64,000 bases of DNA from Lama guanicoe (taxonomy: Eukaryota), in NCBI GenBank assembly GCA_013239625.1, contig MU054187.1:12193325-12257324 (forward strand), given 5' to 3'. This document shows, in pieces, positions 38,901 to 51,891 of the stretch. Under the pieces are notes generated by a model. The model was not told the origin of the DNA. It was given only the letters and a program-made list of their open reading frames with translations, and did not search any database. Position 1 is the stretch's first letter; every line of letters begins with the position of its first letter. The translations under genes and the position numbers were made by a program.

Positions 38901-41650
38901 TGACTTTCCTATTAATTGCAATGAGCCAAACACAACCTACAATTATCAGGATATGATTTTTTAATAATAAAACACTAACAGTTTACAGCTGGACACAGGA
39001 TTCACGAAAATAATGCAGTCTGCAGCTACAGCTGTTCCCCAAGTCAAATGGCTTCGGCACCTACCTTCTCTGACGCTGGTTCTTACTCCACGGAACAGTA
39101 AGAACCATGTATAAACAAATGTTTAAGCTAAAAATTCCTTCCTTTTCAATATGCTCCGCTCTTAGATTTACTTTTGTATAATGGCCCTAAAGTGGTATAT
39201 TAGGCAGTAACTAGAAGACATATTCCATTTTCTGACTGAAAGCCAATAATACTCATGAATTTTTTAGCTGAAAGACACTTCAAGATGCCACTGGGAAGAC
39301 TGTAATACACACATTAGGCTGCAAACGGGCGGCAGCAGCTCCTTAACACATGCTGCAATAATCAGATAAATGGCCAAATTCATGTTCACTGGGTACACAA
39401 ATATTTTGCTGTAACAGTTCCATCATCTCCATCTCTCTTCAAAAAGGAAAAATCCTCTCTGAAAGTCTTATCTTAGCAAAATTCACTGCAGAATATGTAA
39501 GTAGCAGAGAGCTGCTCTAAACTATCATTACCAACAGGGGGGAAGACGTCTAGTCTGACATCAGCGGGAGAAGATGGTTTCCACTTTCTGAATGCTCACA
39601 GGCTCGGCTCCTTAATATAGCCCGTCACTGGGCCGCCTCCATCCCCGACGACGTCAGCCGGGGCTAATACAGCCAGGAATAGCAAGACTAGGTTCTAATA
39701 AGGCCTCAGATGAGAAAACACCAGGAACGAAGCTGCGTTCCTTGCAGAGAGTAAGCACCTCCCTCCCCTGCAAACTGGGTGTACTTAGTCCCTAGTTAAT
39801 ATTCACAAAACCAGTTTTCACTGAAGGCTTATTAGTATTCTGGAAAGAAGTCATCAAACCAAGAACTACAACGTAGGCTTGTGTTTGAGTTTCGTAACTT
39901 GTCCAAGGTTAAAACTCAATTATCATGTCTTTATTCTGAAACCCATTTTAAACTTTTCTGAGACTAAAAAAAAAAAAACTTCCTAATTTATGAAAACTTA
40001 CTGAAATGGCAAGGGCAAGACAGTCTATACCTCCATAAGAAATGTTTTTATTATTCCGGTTTTAAGAAGTTTTTGAATAAATAAATGAGATCCTCTCCCA
40101 GAGTATAATATGTATTTTGCTTTTCTTTTCTCTTTCTCTTCTTTCTTTATTTCTGGCTAGTACTTAACTGAGTACTTACTTTAAGTTGAGCACTATGCAT
40201 GTATTTTCTTGCTTAAAATCCCACATTTTACTGTTTTTTATACATGTGCACACATTCTCTCTCTCTCAAAGCCTCACCATTTACAGATTATCTAACCTCT
40301 CTGACCTGTTTCCGTAAGTAATTCGTCCAACTCGCACAGATAATACACGACCCAGGTGTAATTGTAATCACCATCTCTCAGCAGGTTTCTCTATGGACTT
40401 TACACATAGGAGCACCTTTAGTTCCCATAACAATCTATGATCATCACCATTTCACAGATGAGAGAACTGGCACACAGAAGGGAGACAGGAACCTGACCAC
40501 GGCCACACAGGTAGGAAGCTGCAGAGTTCAGTGAGTGCAAACAGCTCCTCAATTCGCAACAACTACCACGTGAGCTTGAGGCTACTCCCTTGTAATACCT
40601 TCACTGAACAGAGAAACGTAAACCTATGTGTATTACAGAAAGCAGCATAATCTAATTTAATAAATACTGAATATGTAACTTGAAAGTACTCTTCTTCTTG
40701 CTAAAAATATAGCAGCATCATTGTAAAATGCAGAATACTTGTGTCTGTAAGGACTGTATATACAGGTGAATTGCTGTCCTGCTGAAGCTCACAGCCGAGT
40801 GCAGAAAGAAAACCTTGCCTGAGCTGAAGTATTATTGTTATTACTAAAGTTATTATGAAGTTATTGAAATAATAAAACCAGCTAGGAATTTTCTCTGGCA
40901 TACCAAGAACGCTGTGTTTCATTCAAAATAGTTAAAAAGCCTTCTTTTCCTATAGAATCAGAAGTGGTAATGGGTTAATTTAAAAAGGCAGTTATCAAGA
41001 GCAATTATAGAAAATGATACCTACTAGTTAAATCATTTTAACTTTAAACATTACACATTTGTGTATCAGTCTCCATTGGGGTTTCATATTGTCTTTCTTG
41101 CATAAATCAGACCTATCATTAAGGCATTGTCTACTATTTCTAATTTTTGTTTATTTGAAACAGAGCTGTAACTCATAGACACTTAGAGTTCTCCTAAGTG
41201 CCTATGAAGTATGGAGGTTTTCATTACTTTTTCCCAGTCTGTGTGGCTTATACCTATTTGGTAGCAATTTTGGTCCATTTGACATGAGTTCTTCAAAGCA
41301 TTCATCTTAGTTTTTATAGAAACACGTGTCTTTTCAAACTCACAATTAACCAGTTATGTAACATTCAATTAAATTATGTGATCACAATAACCAGTACAAC
41401 TAGCATAAACGAGTTTGGACAAGAAGCTGGCTCTTGTAGGCACACAACATCCCTGCTGTGCAGAGATGGATGCTCCGCAGCTGCCCACCAGCCTGGGGCA
41501 CTCGGAGCACCGCATTCCTGTGACTTACAGACAGAAATGCAGACCTTGTGGTTGTGCCAGCCTATCAGTCCCAGTGCAAACTGATTATTGACATTTGTCG
41601 AGTAGACTCGTGGGGAATACAGTAAATAGTACAGACATAAGAAAGACCCC

Positions 41651-41829
41651 GGCAGTTTCCTTAAAAAAACGAAAAATAGAGTTACCGTATGATCCAGTGA
41701 TCCCACGCCTCAGCATATATCCAGAAAAAACTTATAATTCAAAAAGATACACACACCCCAATGTTCACAGCAGCACTTACAATAAATAGCCAAGACATGG
41801 AAGCAACCTAAGTGTCCATCAACAGACGA
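41651..41829 (+). mobile_element. Internal L1 ORF2-end fragment
   Basis: aaaatagagttaccgtatgatccag..atcccac...ccaatgttcacagcagcac...agccaagacatggaagcaacctaagtgtccatcaacaga. Confidence 0.85.
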
Positions 41830-44244
41830 CAGAAGTGGAAAGTGAACAAGGAGGAAAAACTTGGTTTGGTGGGACGACCACTAACTCACTGTTCACCATA
41901 CAAATTCCTACACTTTCTTTCGGTCAGGCTGTTACAATAACTCCAAACAGTATTTGCTGTGAGGCAGTGGTTGCATTCAAAAATAGAAAAAGGCAGTTCT
42001 TGGCCAACAAAACCGACCATCCCCCACAGTCCAATTTGGTCTTATAAAAATAAGCCAAATTAGGTATTTTTATTTGCAAATAATACACATCTACAGGATG
42101 ATTTACTGAGAATTACTAGAATTTAGAAAGTTATTTACAAGAATTGATTATTTGAAGAGAATTTAAGAATTACCTTGGTATCTGAAAATGTAAGGCAAAA
42201 CACTTAACCATTTTTTCCCACCATTTTTTTCCCTCTCTCAAACACTGGATTTTGGTAATCATCAAAACTATGATAGTTTACCTTGAGAGCTTTGTACTGC
42301 AGCTTAAGTTTCAAGCTTGGGACATACAAACAGCTTCCAGTAGAAGTAGTCATATTGCTCGTACTGCAACTATTCAATGGAGCCCAGAGCTCTGACCTCC
42401 GGATCAGGGGCCGGGGAGCCTCCTCAATGTGACAGACTTTGCAAGAGCAGAGTCATCCTAAAGAGCTGTCAGTGGACAGCTTTCTCCTCCTTCTAGCTCC
42501 AGTTGGAGACTTAAGAATGTTCTGGGAAGTAAAAATATACCTGGACTTCAGAATAGAGCTGCTACTTACCCTCTGGGTAGTTAATACAAATTTAAATCCA
42601 AATGAGCACAAAGTGCATTACAAATAATAATTTAATGGACTAATTAAGGGTGGTCTAAAACAGGCACTGAAAAGATTAAAACAAACTCTTTTAGGAAGTT
42701 TTACAATATGTCATTCTCTACCTTTTTTTCAATTGGTCCTAAAATGTGTTTGCACTGAGAGAGTGAAGAATAAGTGTTTTATAAAACCGACACCTATGGA
42801 TAAAGCTCTGTAAGACTACTGCACCTTATTTAACTGTAACTGGCAATAAGCATGGAGCGAAACTTTAAAGAAATTAAGATAATTGCTTGACACCTCAGAG
42901 ACAGATAACTATATTATATTCCTTTTGCCTGGTATTAGGGGAAAAAAAGAATTCATTAAGCTGAAACTCAAACCCTGGTTCTAGTTAGGCTAGAGGATAC
43001 GGAGAAAACCACGCCCTTAGAGATGTTACAACATACTGTGTGTGTATGTTCACAACACAGGCATATGATTTCACATGATTTCTTTAGTTTGGTGTTTGGC
43101 TTTAAGCCAATGTTTTGAAACCTAGAGTAATGACTATTACTTAGGGCAGAAACACATTTGGGCCCTGGACAATTAAATTTTATATGAGGTTAAGTTTCTA
43201 ATTAATACAGGTCTCTTTTTGGTATTAAAAATATAACCTAAATTATACGGTTTTAATTTAAAAATCTAGCTGCATTTCTTTCCATCTGATGTTCAACTGC
43301 ACTGGTAATTATTGAGCAGCTGAGGGCAAATTACTGCGCTCTCTGGACTGCACTGTAATGCAATCACTTAGTATGAATCAGAACTTAATCGCAAGACATC
43401 AAAGACTTAGGAAGAAGCAACAAGTATGGGATAAACTAAAACGGAACATAGCACACACGAAAAATACCAAGTGCTAGCGAGGAGAAATCACTTCCTGTTG
43501 GCAGGGAGCCGCAGCAAAGGTCTCATGAACGCCCAAGTTGGGTTCTGAAGAAGGTACAGCCTTTCAAAGGGAAGCTGGGGTGGTGGTGAAGGTGTCTGAG
43601 ACCCCAGGGAGCCAAAATGTTGCAGTTAATAAAGAGCAAGGGTGGTGAGAGATGCCGGGAGACTGCGTGGCCAGGTGACCGGACGGTGGGGGTTCTGGGG
43701 CTTCCGTCCTCACCTGACCTCTTCTCCTGCCCCGTTGCTGTCAGGCCCTGGTTATGGTGCTGGCTGCATCCTACCTCGGCCAGGGCAGCCTGAGAACTGC
43801 AGCTGGGAAGGCACACTCGGGACGCCCCGCCAGACTGCGGGAGGCACATGGAGGTGGGCGGTGCTCTGGGCCCCAGCCCTGCTGAGCACCACCATCCACT
43901 GCCATCTCCTCCCCAGACAGGTTTTCCTGCCCCATCAGTGACCTGAAATCTGACTAATTCATAGTAATAAGCTAGAAAGAAGTAAAGGGAGAGATAAAGC
44001 AGGGTACGTTTTATTCATGGAATTCATTTCTTCACCACACATTTAGCAAGGACCTACTTTGTAGAGTCAGAAATAGGAAACCTTAAATGGCAGAAGGAGT
44101 CGTAGTTGATTTAATACACCGTAGGCACAGTGACAAGTTTTGCGCATGGGGGCTAAAACCACAGCTGGAATGATGCGCTGGAAAGATCAGCATGGCCGTG
44201 GTATAAATGACATCTTTGGAAGTGGATGGAGGGGGCTGAAGACT

Positions 44245-44560
44245 AGCTAATAGAATATTGTAAAAGGCCATATATTGCATGATTGCATGACTGCATTTAT
44301 AGGAGATTTCCAGAACAAGCAAATCCACAGAAACAGAAAGCAGATTAGTGGCTGCCAAGGGCTAAGGGGAAAGGGAAAAGGGGAGTGATTGCTAATGAGT
44401 ACAGGGCTTCTCTGTGGGTTGATGAAAATGTTCTGAAACAAGAAGGCAGTGATAGCTGCACAACTTGTGAACAGACTAAAAACCAATGAATTATATACTT
44501 TCAAAGGGTGAACTTTACGTTACGTGGATTATCTTAATAAAGCAGCTATTAAAAACAAAA
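44245..44560 (+). mobile_element. L1MB/MC-like 3' end
   Basis: aaatccacagaaacagaaagcagattagtggctgccaaggg...gatgaaaatgttctgaaa...gggtgaactttacg. Confidence 0.8.
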
Positions 44561-44764
44561 AACCAGGAAACAGAAACAACAGCAAGCCCCACAAGTTCTT
44601 AGGCCTGATACTGGGAACTGGGCAGAACTGCGGAACAGACAAAGGGATGGTTTCCAAGTATTTAGAAAACACGCTGGTGACTACCATGAGCAAGAGTGAC
44701 TTCTCTAACAGCGATTCATCCCAAATGATCTTCCTCATTCTTTCTGCTAAAGAGATTAGAGGAA

Positions 44765-45490
44765 GAATTTTTTTTAAAGTATTGTTATTTTATTACTTTT
44801 CTTAAAGTAACACACGCTCATAGTAGAAAATTTAGAAAATATATAATGCTAAAGAACAAATTGCATATATTCCTCCCACACACAGAATTACCATTAACTT
44901 AAAAAATTCTGCTCAGCATTTTAAAGTTTATTTTATGTATATTTATAATTAAGCACAAACTGCATGCACAATTTTATAGATGCTTTTTTTTTTACTGCTA
45001 CGATTTCCCCCACCCCTGGAATTAAAATGTCTTTATAAACATGACTTTTAATGGCTCTATGCTATTCCATCATATGAAGATACAATATATTTTAACCACT
45101 TTATATAATCATTTAGTTTGCTTCCATAACACCATGATGAATGTTTTCTGTCCACATTTCTGATTAACAATTATCAATAGTTTCAATACAATAGTCTCAG
45201 AAATGTAATTACCAGAGGAGAGGGTGTGACCACATTTGGGGCTATTCATATAAACTGTCAAATTATTTTCCAAAAAGGCTATATTAATTCACAATCACAT
45301 CGGCAGGGTATGTGAAGGTCCACCTTCACATGTAGATCCCAGAAATCACAACAGTCATGGGTACTGTGGTTTTTTAAAATGCTTTTTGAAAATGTGAAGA
45401 CTGTGGTGTGACATTATCTTATGATTTAAACCGATTACTAATAATTGAGTATCTTGAAAATGTTTATAAGACTTCATGTTTACCTGGACA
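44765..45490 (-). mobile_element. Old L1 (L1ME-like) fragment, antisense
   Basis: Degenerate motifs gtagaaaatttagaaaata, tttaatggct...attccatcat and gtcaaattattttccaaaaaggct. Confidence 0.55.
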
Positions 45491-46119
45491 CAAAGACGAG
45501 GAGTCAGGGACCTGGCAGAGACGGGGCACGTTCAGGTCGGCGAGGCACCTGACATACCGCCGCCGAAGACAGGAAAGCAGGTTTGGCTGATAATGCCACC
45601 TGAGGAGCTTTTAAAAACACGGCTCCACCCAGACCAACGAAACCAGCGCCCCCTGCAGAAGGGCGCCGGGCGCTCAGCGGAAGCCTGCCCAGCGCGCAGT
45701 GGGAAGGAAGCGGCCCTCAGAACTGCTGGGCTGGAAGATGACGGAGAATTAACGGGGTTGGGAGGGCATCCTTGGTGTTAATTAACAAGTTATTGTAAAC
45801 AAAGAGAAGTTCTCCAGTCTAGTTTATTTAATGACTTGAAAAAAAAAAAAGGAGCACCTGTTAATCAGACAGATGACACAAAGCACACCTATCACGTGTG
45901 GTGACAAGAGTACTTCTCTGAAACCTCAGTGTCGGCGGCCAAGAAGAAAAGGTCCAGCCAGCATAACATTACTTACTCAGTATCTTTGTACTACTAAAAC
46001 CGTATGAACACCGATAAAAACGCAATTTAAAAAAGAAAAGGAAAGTCCCTCACAACCATCCTATTTCAGTATATTTGGTATTCGGGTTTGGGCGAAGATG
46101 AAACTTCTCTCACATTTGG

Positions 46120-48120
46120 CCACCATGCACTTTTCTTATTCTGTCTCGTGTTTCTCCCCAGGTACAATCTATAACAGTTCTACCCCCTCCTGCCTCTCTT
46201 CCCGTGCCCTCAGCCGTCCTTACTCCTCTACATCCTTAGCCCAGTCGCGGTACTCAGAGCCTTTCTGGCCCCCTGACCAGGCCTCCCCAGAGTCCACATT
46301 CCGTCTCAGCAGAAGCTGCGTGTCCTCCCGTTACACACATACTGGGAACAGGAGGAAGGGTCACACCCTCTGCCCTCCTCAGACCTACCAGGCCACTGCT
46401 CTATTACAGGGTGGCCTTGAATAAAAACCTCTGTTCCTTTGAAATCCATGCCTTAAAACACCCTCTTATCGATGTTCCGGTCTGGGATTTACCAACATGC
46501 CACTTCATCCCTCACACTTGACTGAAAACGCTGGCACTTGATGAGGTCTTCCTCTCCCCGTGGTCCTCACCCTGGGTGACTTCACAGTCTGTGTGGATGG
46601 TGAGCTCCTACCTGTCCTCACAGGTTGTCCTGTCTCAATTCCAACAAAGTTCACCTCCACTTCATTTCAGCCACTGCCTCCTACGATCATGGCCTGAACC
46701 TTGTGATTTCCCAGAATTGGTGCCCCCGCTGAACGCCAAGTTAGTCCCTCAGCTTCCTACCATCTTCATCCCCGAAAACTGGTCGTGCGTGTGAGGACTC
46801 TGTCCTGTGCCCTCTGCCCATCTCATCTCTTCCCCAGCTTGGACTCCCCACCAGCACCCACCACCCTCGGTTCCCTTTCACATATCTCTGCTCACACAAT
46901 TCCTTCTGCAAAATGAATCTCAAGATTTCTCCACTCCTGCAAGTGGGAGCTGAGCACTGATGGAGAAAATCATACAGCTAAGGGGCAGAGCGGCCCCTCA
47001 GAGCATTCCAAGGTTTCCCAACTTGCCTTAGACCCAGAGTCCTGCCTGCCAACCCTTGTATTTGTTCTCCAGTCAGCTCCTTCTATTTACCAGCTACTAT
47101 TTCCAGCTCTTACCACTTCAGCAAATGGCTCGTCAATTTGATACTTACTTAACTTCCCTTCCTCTTACTTACAAAGAAGTGCACCACTCTCTTCTGCAAC
47201 ACTCCTGGTATTTGGATGTGTGACCCTCCTCTGGTAAACATTAACCATTCCAACCCCATTTCCTATTTCCTTCCCCATCTTCTCTGACACTTTGTTGCAA
47301 AGCCTCTCTTCACCAAATTTTCAATCTTTTTCTTTCTACTTAACCTGTAAGCATACTCAGGTCATTTTCATCCTTAAAAAAAAAAGCCCCTTGAGTCCGA
47401 ATCCTCCTCCAGGAACCATCCAGTCTCACAACGTTCCCGCACATCTAGACCTGCGCAGACTACAGATCTGTGATCCCTTCCAAAGCACCTGGGGGCTACA
47501 GAATTTAGGATTCAGATAAATAGACACACTTTTAACTTTAGAAAGAGAATACGTGGCATATACCATTCTTCATAACATCCCCACAGGGCCTTGGGAGCGC
47601 ATTCTGTAATCAAATTCAGTATTATTTCTGCAGTGAAATGTATGAATATTCACACTGAGTGGGACAAATGAAGATTATAGGTCATTCCAAATCCATGCAG
47701 GTCAGGTTTTACTGCCAAATGACTTAGAAAAACCTTTCCATTTTCAGAGTTTGTTGACTTTTGAGATGCAAATAAAGGGATACAGGCCTAGAGTTTATCC
47801 CTGCTCCCTTCCACTTACTTCATGATCCAAAACAATTACATTTCTCCCCCATCACTCCCTAGTCTTCCATGACACTCAAAAGCCAACCTACAGAGGTTCT
47901 GGCATCTCGTGTGTTATGTGGCTTAGCCTCTCTGCTGTGTTTCTCACTGTGGTCATGTCCCCCCCGTGATTCTCTGTTCTGAGGTTTTTCATGACATCCC
48001 ACTCTCCAGGTCCTCTTCTGAAACTGAGTGACTTTTCCTTTTCCATCTTTTTTATGGGATCTTTCTCTTTGGAGTTAGCCAGGCCTCCCTCAGTCCAGTC
48101 CTCTCCTCCCTCAGTCATCT
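46120..48120. mobile_element. Degenerate L2 LINE tract with the MITE nested inside
   Basis: Long pyrimidine-skewed stretch with L2-like motifs (ctgggtgacttca, cctctctgctgtgtttctcactgtggtca, ccatgacac). Confidence 0.5.
47461..47790. mobile_element. Old TcMar-Tigger-type MITE
   Basis: Degenerate TIRs cagatctgtgatccctt ... aagggatacaggcct; internal atttctgcagtgaaatgtatgaatattcacactgagtggga and caggtcaggttttactgccaaatga match a recalled Tigger-family consensus. Confidence 0.6.
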
Positions 48121-48129
48121 TCTTTTCTA

Positions 48130-48985
48130 AAAATTACATTTAACAGCTTTAGTGAGGTATAATTCAGAAGCCATAAAATTCACTCTTTTAAGATACACGT
48201 TTCAGTGGCTTTAGTCTAATCACAGAATTGTGCAACCATCACCACATCTAGTTCCACAACATTTCATCACCCCGACAGGAAGCCCCACACGCATTATGCA
48301 ATTGTTCCTCCTCCCCTCCTCCCCCAACCCTGGCAACCACTAGCACGCTCTACCGTTATGTATTTGCCTACTCTAGACATATGACTGGAAACATAGTATG
48401 TGGCCTTTTGTTTCTCACTTCTTTCAATGAGTATGTTTTCAAGGTTCAGCAATATTGTAGCATGTGTCAGTACTGCATTCTTTCTATGGCTAAAGATTGC
48501 AATGTATACAGGATATACCACATTTAATGCATCTGCTCATCAGCTGATGCACATTTGGGTTGTTTCTACTTTTTGGCTATTAGGAACAATGTTGCTGTGG
48601 ACATCTGTGTACAAGCTTTCATGCAGATATATGCTTTCAGTTCTTCTGGATGTACACCTAGGAATGGAATTGGCGACTCCATACTAACCTTACGTTTAAT
48701 TTTTTGACGAACTGCCAAATTGCTTTCCAAAGTGGATATGCCATTTTATTTTCCCACCAACAATGTCCGAGGGTTGCAATTTCTCCATATCCTCATCAAC
48801 ACTTACTTTTCTTTTCTTTCTTTCTTTCCTTTTCTTCAATTACAGCCATCCTCCTGGGAACGAGATGGTATCTCGTTGGTTTGCTCTGCATTTCCCTAGT
48901 AACTAACGATGCTGAGCATCTTTTCATGTGCTTGTCATTGCTTATCTTCTCTGGAGAAATGTCTGTTCAAAATGTTGTCTATTTT
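48130..48985 (-). mobile_element. L1MB-like fragment, antisense
   Basis: cagctttagtgaggtataatt...ttgtgcaaccatcaccac...ttcccaccaacaatgt...gctgagcatcttttcatgtgctt. Confidence 0.85.
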
Positions 48986-49210
48986 AAAACTAGATTTTGC
49001 AGTGATTCTTAGCACAACTTTAGAGTTATGAACTGCTCTGAAAATCTGATCAAAAACAAAAGGTAAACCCACAAAGATTAAAAAAAAAAAGGCACACAAT
49101 TCTCCTAAGAAGTCATTAATGTGCTATAAGACCAAATACAGACCTTCCAGATTAAGCACCCTCACTTTGTATCACAGCTTCTCAACCCTGGCCCATACTT
49201 AAAGGCACCA

Positions 49211-49896
49211 GGGGAACCCTCCTACACTGCTGGTGGGAATGCAGTTTGGTGCAGCCACTATGGAAAACAGTGTGGAGATTCCTCAAAAGACTAGGAATAG
49301 ACTTTCCATATGACCCAGGAATCCCACTCCTGGGCTAGTATCCAGAAGGAAATCTACTTCAGGATGACACCTGCACTCCAATGTTCATAGCAGCACTATT
49401 TACAATAGCCAAAACATGGAAACAGCCTAAATGTCCATCAATAGGTGACTGGATAAAGAAGATGTGGTATATTTATAAATGGAATACTACTCAGCCATAA
49501 AAACCGACAACATAACGCCATTTGCAGCAACATGGATGCTCCTAGAGAATGTCATTCTAAGTGAAGTAAGCCAGAAAGAGAAAGAAAAATACCATATGAG
49601 ATTGCTCATATGTGGAATCTAAAGACTCATGGACAGAGAATACAGACTTGTGGTTACCAGGGGGGTAGAGGATGGGAAGGGATAGACTGGGATTTCAAAA
49701 TTGTAGAATAGATAAACAAGATTACACTGTATAGCACAGGGAAATATACACAAAATGTTATGATAAATCAGAGAAAAAAATGTGACAATGAGTGTGTATA
49801 TGTCCATGAATGACTGAAAAATTGTGCTGAACACTGGAATTTGACACAACATTGTAAAATGATTATAAATCAATAAAAAATGTTAAAAAAAAAAAA
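49211..49896 (+). mobile_element. Young 5'-truncated LINE-1 (ORF2 C-terminus, 3' UTR and poly(A)), artiodactyl/camelid type
   Basis: cctcctacactgctggtgggaatg...aatgttcatagcagcactatttacaatagcc...; ends caataaaaaatgtt(A)12. Confidence 0.9.
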
Positions 49897-50305
49897 TGAA
49901 GGGACGAAATATGTATATACATAAAAGGGAATATTACTCAGCCTTAAAAAGGGACGAAATACTGATACATGCTACAACATGGATGAACCTTAAAAACAGG
50001 ATGTTGAGTGAAAGAAGTCAGACACAAAAGGCCGTATATTATGATTCCAGTTACATCAGAAACCTAGAATAGTCAATGTCATAGAAACAGAAAGTAGAAT
50101 TGTGGTTACCAGGGGCTGGTGGGAGAGGGGTGAGTGCTTACTCTTTAACAAGTTGACAGTTTCTGTTTACGAAGAGGAAAAAGTTCTAGAGAGGGCCAGC
50201 AGTGATGCTTGCATGACAATGTGAAGGGGACTTAATGCCACTCAATTATACATTTAAAAATGGTAAATTTTATGTTTTGTGTATTTTACCACAATTGAAA
50301 AAAAA
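49897..50305 (+). mobile_element. Older L1 (L1MB-like) 3' end
   Basis: atgctacaacatggatgaacctt...acagaaagtagaattgtggttaccaggggctgg...ttttaccacaattgaaaaaaaa. Confidence 0.8.
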
Positions 50306-51119
50306 CCACGTGTGTATACATACATACACACACACAAAACACAACAGAACACCGTTAGTATTTTGCTTAAAAACTCTCCAAGTAATGTAAATGTTAAAAT
50401 AGGGTTAAGAACTGCTACTTCATACTCTCTTCGGTGGCATCACCTATTTTCAAGATTTCCCAAATCTTTCTTTCCACCCGTCCCTCTCAAAGCTTCTACT
50501 TCAAAAATTCAACTAGGTGCCAACGCACAAAATTGAGCTCATCTATCCCATCTCCCCATTGCAAACTGGCCCCTCCTGAAAGACCAACACCCACTGAACA
50601 TCCTCCCCCTGTATCCCCCCCGTCAAATCATCGGCGTGGCTTTGCCCCTTAAAAACCCTCAAGCCCCACCCCTTGTCACTGCGATAGTCGCCACTGCTTC
50701 CAGCTCAGACCTTCCCTTACTTGTATTATATGACATAAGCTTCCTTACCTCCAGATGACTTCCCTGCTCAAAGTCTTCAGTAGACTCCACTCCCGCTGAC
50801 ATAAAGTCCCTGCTGCTCCAAATGTCTCAGAAGGTGCCTTATGACCCACCATGCCTGTTTCTCCAGGCTGGTCTGCCTATTCTGCTCACCCTGGGAAATG
50901 GAAACTGCCCGTGGTTCCCCACCTGCTACATACCCGTTCTCACCTCTTTTCTTGTGCTTGTTACACATGGAACAAACCATATATCTTCCCCCTTTTGGCT
51001 AACTCCCACTCATCTTTTAAAACCTAGCTCAGATGACCCTCTCCCCAAGATTAAATTCCCTTCCTCTGTCTTTTAATAGAGTGTGTCTGTGTCTATATAT
51101 GTATACGCGTATGTACATA

Positions 51120-51123
<4 letters not shown>

Positions 51124-51154
<31 letters not shown>
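51124..51154. repeat. (TG)n microsatellite
   Basis: About 15 perfect units. Confidence 0.95.
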
Positions 51155-51157
<3 letters not shown>

Positions 51158-51850
51158 AAACACTACTATTAACCACATGTATCTTAATTACTTATATCTT
51201 TTTTCCTTAGCAAATTGTAAACTCCATGAGGGGCAAAAACTAAGTATGTTTCATCTTTTTATCCTAGGCCCTTATCAGAATACCTGACACCTAGCACTTA
51301 ATATCCATTGAATAAATGGCTTTACAAACTGCTATATGGCATTTGAAGCTACTTTATCAAAATAGGTAACATAATTTACTCTGCTATATTGGTATTATTT
51401 TATTTGATCTTCACAAAAACCCTATGAAGTCATTATCATTATCATTCCTTGGAGCACAGAAAAAAAATCAGACAACATGCCCAACATCAAACATAGCCAA
51501 CAGGTGGTAGAACTGAGAGGCGTGTCCAGGAGAACCCACAGGGCCCGCACCCCACGTCTTCCCCTCCGCTAATGCAGACGTGGGTGTTCTTACCTGTGTA
51601 TGTTTTGAGGAATCAAGTAGATATTTCCTTCCAAATTTTTCTCTATAATTTTTAAAGTTATTATCTTAACATACAGTTTGCATCTTTTGAAAATTAAAAA
51701 AGCTTTAGCATGTTACTACATAGTCTTCATAACCTGCATGATAACTACCCACAAAGACAAAGGTAGACTCTGCGATGAGATCGAAAAAAAAAAAAAAAAA
51801 AACAGTAGGAAGTTCAAAACGGGGAAACAAAGATGATGGTCACTCAGGTG

Positions 51851-51852
<2 letters not shown>

Positions 51853-51885
<33 letters not shown>
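51853..51885. repeat. (AC)n microsatellite
   Basis: About 16 perfect units. Confidence 0.95.
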
Positions 51886-51891
<6 letters not shown>

